From: Anaerohalosphaeraceae bacterium
GTDB lineage: Bacteria > Planctomycetota > Phycisphaerae > Sedimentisphaerales > Anaerohalosphaeraceae
Reading direction: 5' to 3'
Length of the DNA: 64,000 nucleotides
Assembly: GCA_963675525.2 (NCBI GenBank)
Contig: CAXXSL010000016.1
Span: 544,001-608,000, forward strand
The notes under the pieces: model-generated
The model's database searches: none
What the model saw: only the letters and a program-made list of their open reading frames with translations
Told to the model about the DNA's origin: nothing
In this document: positions 56,945 through 64,000 of the stretch, piece after piece
Layout of the letters: each line of letters starts with the position of its first letter
Position numbering within the stretch: the first letter of the stretch is position 1
Made by a program: the position numbers and the translations under genes

Positions 56945-58552
56945 TTACAAATTTTCCCAGCCGGGGCGCAAGCGGGATTGGATACACCAGCAATCATAAA
57001 TTACCAGCGCCGCCATGCTTTCAATAACGGGAATAATGCGCGGCACGATGCAGGGGTCATGCCGGCCGTGTGTTTCAATCGGCTGCGTCTGGTATTTCAA
57101 ATCAAGCGTCATTTGCGGTTTGGCAATCGACGACGTGGGTTTGACGGCAATGCGGAAATAAACCGGCTGGCCGGTGGAAATGCCGCCGGTAATGCCGCCG
57201 GCGTTGTTAGTTGCAAACGTACCATCCGTCATATTATCGTTGGACTGACTGCCGCGAAGCTTAGTCAGCTCAAATCCCCTGCCGACCTCGATGCCTTTGA
57301 TGGCGCCGATGCTCATGACGGCACTGGTAATCCGCGAATCCAGCTTGGCGAAGACCGGGTCGCCTAATCCGGCGGGTAATCCGAAAATTTCCAGCTTCAC
57401 GACACCCCCAACGGAATCGTTGTCGTCTTTGGCGGCGAGGATCGCCTGTTTCATTTCTTCGGCAGCCTTGATATCTGCACAGCGCACGTCATTTTTTTCA
57501 ATCGCGCCATAATCACACGTCGCAGCCGCAATGCCCGCAATCTCAACGGAATGGGCGATAATCTTAACGCCCTTTTCTTCGAGAAACTTCCGGATGATCG
57601 CCCCGCCCATGACACGTCCGGCGGTTTCACGCCCGGACGAGCGCCCGCCGCCGCGATGATCGCGAATGCCGTACTTCTTATAATAGGTAAAGTCGGCATG
57701 GCCGGGACGAAACAGGTTTTTGATGCCTTCGTACTTCGATGAATCGTGGTCGCGGTTGAAAATCGCCATCGCGATCGGCGCGCCGGTGGTTTTGCCGTCA
57801 AAGACGCCAGAGAGAATTTCCACCGCATCTTTTTCATCACGCGGCGTGGTCACATCACTTTGACCCGGACGCCGACGATTCAGTTCCTTCTGGATTTCGT
57901 CGGCGCTGATCGGGATACCGGGCGTCACACCGTCCAACACGGCACCAATCGCCGGGCCGTGGCTTTCGCCAAACGTCGTTACACGGATCACATCGCCATA
58001 GGTATTGGCGGCAACAGCACGAACCGCGATCTCAACGGCGATTTGGTCCTGAAGTTCTTCGGCGACTTCTTTCGCCGTCTTGTTACTGACATCCAGAATG
58101 ATGTCGGCATACGGGGCCAGCAGTTCCTCACGAAACCTGACATTCTCTTCCAAACTCTCGCGGGCGTTCGGACCCTTCAGCCACGGCGGGATACCGTCTT
58201 TTTCAATGCGCTTCCAGATTTGTTCGGTGTCGGCCTTCAGATAAACCACAATTGCATTATCCCGCAACGCCCGCCGGCACTCAGGATTGATCAGGCTCGA
58301 CCCCCCGCAGACCACCAACTGCCAGTCGGCATCCTTCATCTGACGAATGACATGGGTTTCCATCTGGCGAAAAGCGTCTTTCCCATATTCCAGGTAGATC
58401 TCCCGGCACGTCAGCCTTTTATTGTATTTCTTGGTAAAGCACGTCTCGATCAGCGTATCTGTCTCGACCGGGAATAAACCGGTGATCTCGGCCAGCTCTT
58501 TGGCGACCGTGCTCTTACCAACACCTTTGGGGCCTGCGATAACGATCTTCAT
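56945..58552 (-). CDS. aroC: Shikimate kinase-chorismate synthase fusion protein
   Basis: N-terminal GPKGVGKST, ETD..IE, FRQME, CGG (shikimate kinase); then TTFGESHG, RPGHAD, GGGRSSGRETA, DSVGG, NNAGG..GG, GRHDPC (AroC) in one frame; ATG 58552. Confidence 0.95.
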   Translation of the reverse strand: MKIVIAGPKGVGKSTVAKELAEITGLFPVETDTLIETCFTKKYNKRLTCREIYLEYGKDAFRQMETHVIRQMKDADWQLVVCGGSSLINPECRRALRDNAIVVYLKADTEQIWKRIEKDGIPPWLKGPNARESLEENVRFREELLAPYADIILDVSNKTAKEVAEELQDQIAVEIAVRAVAANTYGDVIRVTTFGESHGPAIGAVLDGVTPGIPISADEIQKELNRRRPGQSDVTTPRDEKDAVEILSGVFDGKTTGAPIAMAIFNRDHDSSKYEGIKNLFRPGHADFTYYKKYGIRDHRGGGRSSGRETAGRVMGGAIIRKFLEEKGVKIIAHSVEIAGIAAATCDYGAIEKNDVRCADIKAAEEMKQAILAAKDDNDSVGGVVKLEIFGLPAGLGDPVFAKLDSRITSAVMSIGAIKGIEVGRGFELTKLRGSQSNDNMTDGTFATNNAGGITGGISTGQPVYFRIAVKPTSSIAKPQMTLDLKYQTQPIETHGRHDPCIVPRIIPVIESMAALVIYDCWCIQSRLRPGWENL

Positions 58553-58751
58553 TTTCTCAAATTTCCAATTTAAAAATATCCTGTTTCCGGATGAACCATC
58601 GGCCAAACGGACTGATAGACAAAAAAGATCCATCCGAAAGGCGATTTTACGTAAAATGGCCTAAAAATCAACCAAAGAATGTCTCACCGGCAACATCGGC
58701 CCGACAAGAAACGGAAGTGTTTTTAAAATATGGGGTTATTTTGGCGAGATT

Positions 58752-58955
58752 CTAACCGGCCATTGAAACCAGTCTTTTGTCGCGAATTTCCTGAGCCAGC
58801 TTAAACCCGGCATCCAGCGACCGCGAAAAATCAGGGTCCAAGGCATCATTAATATGATGGGCCTTCAAAAAACTTTCAGCCAGTGCGGTCGCATTGTTGA
58901 AACCGTCCTGTTCGATCTTTTCCCGCATCCATTGCATAATTTCATTTTCAGTCAT
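58752..58955 (-). CDS. Hypothetical protein
   Basis: About 67-aa helical ORF (MTENEIMQWMREKI...). Confidence 0.55.
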   Translation of the reverse strand: MTENEIMQWMREKIEQDGFNNATALAESFLKAHHINDALDPDFSRSLDAGFKLAQEIRDKRLVSMAG

Positions 58956-59190
58956 TGCTTGCATCCCGACTATTGATTGACTTATATACATATTAAAATC
59001 GACCAAAAAGCCTCCGCATATTCAATTTTTTAGCGGAATCCAATAAAATTCCCCCAATAGACCGATAATACCAGCCTCGAAACAAAATTGGACAATCGCC
59101 CAGAATAATCACCCTGTATTTTACCGTCAGTGTTTATTCAACGACTGACACTCTTCAAACAAGCTTTTCAATATTAATACCGCCGATTTT

Positions 59191-59220
59191 TCAGGGAAAT
59201 CGGGTTGTTGGCCGATATAG
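59191..59220 (+). promoter_or_regulatory. Sigma-28-like promoter upstream of ftsK
   Basis: TCAGG-N15-GCCGATATAG. Confidence 0.45.
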
Positions 59221-59280
59221 TGAAGTGTAGGATTTCTGCGCCAAAACGCTATTATGCTATTATAAACAGGGAAAAAATAC

Positions 59281-61752
59281 GTGAAACACGCCAATTTATA
59301 TCGCATTGCGATTGAAGTTATCTTGTTGTTCGTCTGTATCTTTCTGTTTTTCAGCTTAATCAGTTTTGATATGGGCGATTCGCCCAGCGAGTATGTCTGG
59401 CCGCATAACAACCCGGCGGCCAATATGTGTCGCGGGGCAGGGGCTTTTTGTGCCTATTACACGTTGTATTATTTCGGGCCCGGGATGTTTTTAGCCCTGG
59501 TCGCCATCGCGACGGCGATAACGATTCATCTGGCTGGAAAACCAATTACCCAGCCAATCCTTCGTCTGATCGGTCTTATTTTGGTTGTCGCGGCCGCATC
59601 CGTAACATGGCATTTGGTCTGGCCGACCGAACCGATCGGCATCTATCGTACCGGCTCATTTCCGGCCGGAAACGGTGGCGTTCTGGGCGTGGCCGCATCC
59701 CGGTTCTTATTGCCGCATCTGGGCTTGTTGGGCACATGGCTGGTGGTGCTGTGCTGCTGGGCCGTGGGGTTGATCCTGCTGGCCGATATTGTTGTGTTCG
59801 CTTCGGTGCGGTATTTCGGATTGGCGGTTTTAAAGGCACTGGGACTGGCCGAACCGGCGTGGAAGGCGGCCCGACAACATTCGCAGGCACTGGGCGATAT
59901 CTGGACCCGGCTGAGCGAACGGCAGAAAACTCAGGACAAGTCCTTCAAGCAGGCCGTACGGGAATATACCTCCAAAACGCAAACCTACGATACGCCCGTA
60001 ACGGTGATGGAAGATGAGGAAGAGGTTGACACACTTGAACACGCCGAAGACCAGTCGGTTGAGGAATCCATCGCGGCCAAACCGAAAAAGAAATCAAAGG
60101 GCCTGTTCAAAATGAAAAAACGAAAACTGGCACCCAAACCCAAGAAGCCGCCGGTACCGGTTCAGAAAAGTTATGATGATTATCAATTGCCACCGATGGA
60201 GTTCCTCAGGGAACCGGAGACCGGCTTTACTGCCATCCAGAGCAAAATGGTCGAGCACAAGGCCCAGTCGCTGGAGTCGATGTTGGAAGAGTTCGGGGTC
60301 AATGCTGAAGTCGTTAATGCCGAGCCGGGCCCGGCGATCACAATGTACGAACTGGAACTGGCGCCGGGTGTGAAGGTTAGCCAGATTTCAACGCTGGCCA
60401 ATGACATGGCGCGGGCGCTGGGGTCGGGCATGGTGCGTGTGGTTGCGCCGCTTCCGGGCAAGCATACCATCGGGATCGAAGTGCCAAACAGCCAGCGTGA
60501 AATCGTGCGGATTAAGGAGTTGTTCGAGAAAAGTACGTCCGCCGGAAAGATGCAGATCCCGCTGTTTCTGGGTAAAAGTTCTTCAGGGCAGGTGCTGGTG
60601 TCAGATTTGGCAGCGATGCCGCATATGCTAATCGCCGGTACGACCGGTTCCGGTAAGAGTGTGTGCATCAATACGATTATTACGAGTATTCTGCTGACGC
60701 GGCGGCCGGACGAAGTGAAGCTGATCCTGATCGACCCGAAGATGGTGGAGATGGCAATGTTTGAGTCGATTCCGCACTTGATGGCGCCAATCGTCACCGA
60801 AATGCGGCGGGCCGAACAGATCCTCGAATGGGCCACGCAAAAGATGGACGAGCGGTACGAACTGCTGGCCGAAGCCCAGGTACGCAACATTGCTTCATAT
60901 AACCTGCTCAGCCAAGAGGAACTGCTCGAACGGTTCAATCCTTCGACGCCGGAGGAAGAGGCGAAAATTCCAAAAAAGCTGCCGCACATCGTTATCATTA
61001 TCGATGAGCTGGCCGACTTGATGATGACCTCGGCCAAGGAGGTCGAAGCTTATGTCGTACGCATCGCGCAGAAAAGCCGTGCTATCGGCATTCATTTAGT
61101 GCTGGCCACACAGCGGCCGCAAGCAACCGTCGTTACGGGGTTGATCAAGTCGAATATGCCCTCGCGCATCGCCTTCCGCGTGGCCGCCCGAATGGACAGC
61201 CGCATCATCCTCGACCAGAACGGCGCCGAAACGCTGCTCGGTCAGGGCGACATGCTGTTCCTCAAGCCCGGCACCAGCGAACTGGTTCGCGCACAAGGTG
61301 CCTTCCTTGATGACGACGAAATTCGCGAGGTCGTCAAGTTCCTCAAGACCGTCGCCCAACCGCAGTTCAGCCGGGAGCTGATGCAATTGAATAAGGTGGA
61401 CCTCAGCGCCGCCAAGAAAGATGATATGTTTGAGGAAGCTGTTCGGGTTGTACTGGAAACGCAGCGAGGCAGTGTCTCGCTCCTGCAGCGACGGCTGGGA
61501 ATCGGCTATGCCCGCGCCTCGCGTATCATCGAGGTGATGGCGGCGTCGGGTCTGCTCGGCGAATATAAAGGCAGCCAGGCACGCGAAGTCGTGATGACGC
61601 TGGACGAGTATGAGGCCATGAAAAAGAACATGATTGCCGATGAGGTCGCCGGCTATGCCGACCTGACGCAGGAAATTGAGGACGAGGAAGAGGAAGACTA
61701 CGACGAAGCCTCTGAGTATATCGATGAAGATGAGGAGGAAGAAGACGAATAG
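59281..61752 (+). CDS. ftsK: DNA translocase FtsK
   Basis: 4-TM N-domain, PHMLIAGTTGSGKS, LIDPKMVE, IIDELADLMM, HLVLATQRP, GAETLLGQGDML, gamma domain SVSLLQRRLGIGYARASRII. Confidence 0.97.
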   Translation: MKHANLYRIAIEVILLFVCIFLFFSLISFDMGDSPSEYVWPHNNPAANMCRGAGAFCAYYTLYYFGPGMFLALVAIATAITIHLAGKPITQPILRLIGLILVVAAASVTWHLVWPTEPIGIYRTGSFPAGNGGVLGVAASRFLLPHLGLLGTWLVVLCCWAVGLILLADIVVFASVRYFGLAVLKALGLAEPAWKAARQHSQALGDIWTRLSERQKTQDKSFKQAVREYTSKTQTYDTPVTVMEDEEEVDTLEHAEDQSVEESIAAKPKKKSKGLFKMKKRKLAPKPKKPPVPVQKSYDDYQLPPMEFLREPETGFTAIQSKMVEHKAQSLESMLEEFGVNAEVVNAEPGPAITMYELELAPGVKVSQISTLANDMARALGSGMVRVVAPLPGKHTIGIEVPNSQREIVRIKELFEKSTSAGKMQIPLFLGKSSSGQVLVSDLAAMPHMLIAGTTGSGKSVCINTIITSILLTRRPDEVKLILIDPKMVEMAMFESIPHLMAPIVTEMRRAEQILEWATQKMDERYELLAEAQVRNIASYNLLSQEELLERFNPSTPEEEAKIPKKLPHIVIIIDELADLMMTSAKEVEAYVVRIAQKSRAIGIHLVLATQRPQATVVTGLIKSNMPSRIAFRVAARMDSRIILDQNGAETLLGQGDMLFLKPGTSELVRAQGAFLDDDEIREVVKFLKTVAQPQFSRELMQLNKVDLSAAKKDDMFEEAVRVVLETQRGSVSLLQRRLGIGYARASRIIEVMAASGLLGEYKGSQAREVVMTLDEYEAMKKNMIADEVAGYADLTQEIEDEEEEDYDEASEYIDEDEEEEDE

Positions 61753-61840
61753 CGCATCGCTCTCTTTCCCGGTCTTTCATGATGCCGCTTTTTTGTCTGT
61801 TCCGTTTCATGTATTAGGCATTTAAAATATTAGGTGTCCG

Positions 61841-61868
61841 TTGACATATCAGCCTAATTCGCTACAAT
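61841..61868 (+). promoter_or_regulatory. Sigma-70-like promoter
   Basis: TTGACA-N16-TACAAT. Confidence 0.5.
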
Positions 61869-61948
61869 TTCTTTACAGGAAGACAGAACCGTCGCAAGAG
61901 AAACTCAATTACGATTTCAATTTAGCCATTCAATGAAGAAAGTAAACA

Positions 61949-63376
61949 ATGATACCAGGCGTTATATTGATTTTATGTGCGTTGTTTCTTAATCAGTGGG
62001 CCCTTGACCCGTTTTTGCATCTTAAATCCGGCGAAATCAGTATTCTCCGGCTTGCTCTTATCTGGATATTCGATATCATCTGTATTGCCGGGGGAATAAC
62101 TCTGGTAATAAAAAGGCAGCGCTTCCTTCTTTCGCTTAAAAAGATGTTTTTCACGGCGATAACGATTTTCTTAATGGTCTTGTTTATGGAATGCACCCTG
62201 CAGATACTTGTACGAGTTTCTCCAAAAATCGACTCGCTTATTACATCGAAAAATATTCCACATACACTTGCCGATCCGGAACTTGGTCTTCGCGGAAACC
62301 CCGAATTCCCGGAACATGATGCCTGGGGATTCAGAAATCGCACAACCCTTTCCCACTCTGAAATTGTTGCAATTGGTGACTCTCAAACATATGGTACCGG
62401 CGTAAAACAGCATCAAGCCTGGCCCCAGCAACTCAGTAAAATATCCGGGAAATCGGTGTATAACATGTCTTTAGGCGGTTATGGAAGCGTCGAGGGCCTG
62501 ATTTTATTGAAGACCAAATCGCTGCAATTGAATCCCCAATATGTTATTTTTATGATGTTTGACGGAAACGACTTGGTAGATGCTTATGATGCCGTATATA
62601 ATTTTGATCTATATAATAAATTCAAATCAACCGATTCCGTAATACAAGAAACAATTTTAAAGCTTGAAAAAGAAGACCCTCTAACCTCAAAGACCAGGGA
62701 AGCCTCATCCCGTATATGGTCGAATAAACCAATTTCAACAAATAAAGAAACAGTGGCACCGGAGCAAGCAAAAAGCTTTGGCGCGTCGATTAAGCAACTG
62801 AAGCTCTTTCGATCATTTTTTTCTTTGGAACGAACGTTGCAGGCGACTTTTTTTAATAAACGAGAATATCGCTTTACAAAAATATCAAAGCAGCTCGAAA
62901 GCTCGGACTCTGATATATTTGAAATTTTCGAATGTAATGGGTTTAAGACAGTCATGACACCTTCCTATCGGAAACTGGGCTTGAATATCGAAGACCCCCG
63001 GCTTCAGGAGGGCCTCAGAATCACCCTCGATGCATTTAGCGATATGAAACAACTGACAGACTCTAAATCCATCAATTTTTTGGTCCTCTTGCTTCCAACA
63101 AAAGGTTTCGTTTTTTGTGATTATCTCTCCCGCCATGGGATGGAACCGCCCGAATCGATGGCTTCGAGTATTCAGCTTGAAGACAAAATAAGAAGTCGGA
63201 CCATGGAATATCTTCAAGAGCACCAAATCCCTTACATGGACACACTCCCTATATTGCATGATTGTTTCGAGCAGAACAAACAACCTTTTTTCGTAGATCC
63301 CGATGGGCATATAAACCAAATCGGGCACAATGCGATTGCAAAAGCACTGTTCGAGTATATCGAAAAAAAACAATGA
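61949..63376 (+). CDS. Membrane-anchored SGNH/GDSL hydrolase-like protein
   Basis: 3 N-terminal TM; IGDSQTYG, GND, DGHIN..GH. Confidence 0.82.
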   Translation: MIPGVILILCALFLNQWALDPFLHLKSGEISILRLALIWIFDIICIAGGITLVIKRQRFLLSLKKMFFTAITIFLMVLFMECTLQILVRVSPKIDSLITSKNIPHTLADPELGLRGNPEFPEHDAWGFRNRTTLSHSEIVAIGDSQTYGTGVKQHQAWPQQLSKISGKSVYNMSLGGYGSVEGLILLKTKSLQLNPQYVIFMMFDGNDLVDAYDAVYNFDLYNKFKSTDSVIQETILKLEKEDPLTSKTREASSRIWSNKPISTNKETVAPEQAKSFGASIKQLKLFRSFFSLERTLQATFFNKREYRFTKISKQLESSDSDIFEIFECNGFKTVMTPSYRKLGLNIEDPRLQEGLRITLDAFSDMKQLTDSKSINFLVLLLPTKGFVFCDYLSRHGMEPPESMASSIQLEDKIRSRTMEYLQEHQIPYMDTLPILHDCFEQNKQPFFVDPDGHINQIGHNAIAKALFEYIEKKQ

Positions 63377-63508
63377 CAAAACTTGACGTATCGTCTATCA
63401 TTTACATATGATATGACCCTTTTGAGAAACTAATCTTTATTTGCGAAAACTAGCATAGGAAGAAATCCGGAAAACAATGGCTCACACTCGACCCAAGGAA
63501 AAGTGTCT

Positions 63509-64000
63509 ATGGTAAAACCTGTCTATATTTTAGGGGTTTCCGGCTTGTACCATGACAGTGCAGCAGCCATGTTGCGTGACGGGAAGATCATTGCCGCAGC
63601 CCAGGAAGAACGTTTCTCGCGGAAAAAACATGACTACCGGATGCCGATTCATGCAATTGAGTATTGTCTTAAAGAGGCCGGAATTGAACCGGACACTTTA
63701 AACTATGTCGTGTTTTATGAAAAACCGCTGCAGAAATTCGACCGTTTACTGGAAACATATTTTGCTTATGCCCCCCGCGGATTTCGCCAATTTCTAATGG
63801 GAATCCCTCAATGGCTCAAAGAAAAACTGCATATTCCTCGTGAATTAGATAAGGCCCTGGGCAAGCAGTTTAAAGGGCGGTTTGTTTTTACTGAACACCA
63901 TGAGTCCCATGCCGCCAGTGCCTTCTTCCCAAGCCCGTTTTCGGAAGCCGCAATCGTTACATTAGACGGCGTAGGCGAATGGACAACCGCCAGCATCGGA
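63509..64000 (+). CDS. Carbamoyltransferase (NodU/CmcH family), 5' part, runs off the window; not in the ORF track
   Basis: MVKPVYILGVSGLYHDSAAAMLRDGKIIAAAQEERFSRKKHD...FYEKP..KFDR...EHHESHAASAFFPSPF..AAIVTLDGVGEW. Confidence 0.93.
   Translation, partial: MVKPVYILGVSGLYHDSAAAMLRDGKIIAAAQEERFSRKKHDYRMPIHAIEYCLKEAGIEPDTLNYVVFYEKPLQKFDRLLETYFAYAPRGFRQFLMGIPQWLKEKLHIPRELDKALGKQFKGRFVFTEHHESHAASAFFPSPFSEAAIVTLDGVGEWTTASIG

Noticed and set aside
60183..61037. 284-aa minus-strand ORF
   Set aside because: Antisense shadow of ftsK with Ser/Ile-rich non-protein-like composition.
63808..63996. 62-aa minus-strand ORF
   Set aside because: Antisense to the carbamoyltransferase gene starting at 63509.

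Overview
Bacterial chromosomal window, probably from a Planctomycetota/Phycisphaerae-type organism. This is inferred from the ECF sigma + FecR-NPCBM pair, a dockerin-like exported protein, a prepilin-type protein and GT9. Core genes: Lon, DJ-1, PPi-type phosphofructokinase, a complete V/A-type ATPase operon with Na+-binding residues, a GT9 heptosyltransferase, a GH78 rhamnosidase, a shikimate kinase-chorismate synthase fusion, FtsK and tRNA-Asp(GTC). Accessory and unusual parts: (1) 1-5090 is a decayed island at the tRNA-Asp 3' end (integrase and IS3 remnants). It carries a dockerin-like/FGE-sulfatase (CLec-fold) gene whose 3' end has the codon signature of a diversity-generating retroelement (DGR) variable region; no template repeat or reverse transcriptase is in the window. 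(2) 9.2-14.9 kb is an island bracketed by a perfect 27-bp inverted repeat. It holds a candidate defence operon (XRE, FRG, DUF262, SRA-like-HNH), a vsr remnant and repeat-rich structured non-coding DNA. (3) A three-gene operon encodes a membrane-anchored GrpE-like protein, a lid-less Hsp70 and a membrane-anchored TerB/J-like protein, a candidate dedicated chaperone/signalling system. (4) Also present: a catalytically degenerate Xer-like recombinase, a hybrid kinase with dead receiver plus a PAS-only paralog, an MNT-HEPN toxin-antitoxin pair, an XRE-HTH/ACP pair, an ArsR-ArsP-Acr3 operon with a local cluster of frameshifts, and a PIG-L/GT4/GH100-like operon. No CRISPR array or rRNA was seen. All calls come from reading motifs by eye; no database searches were run.
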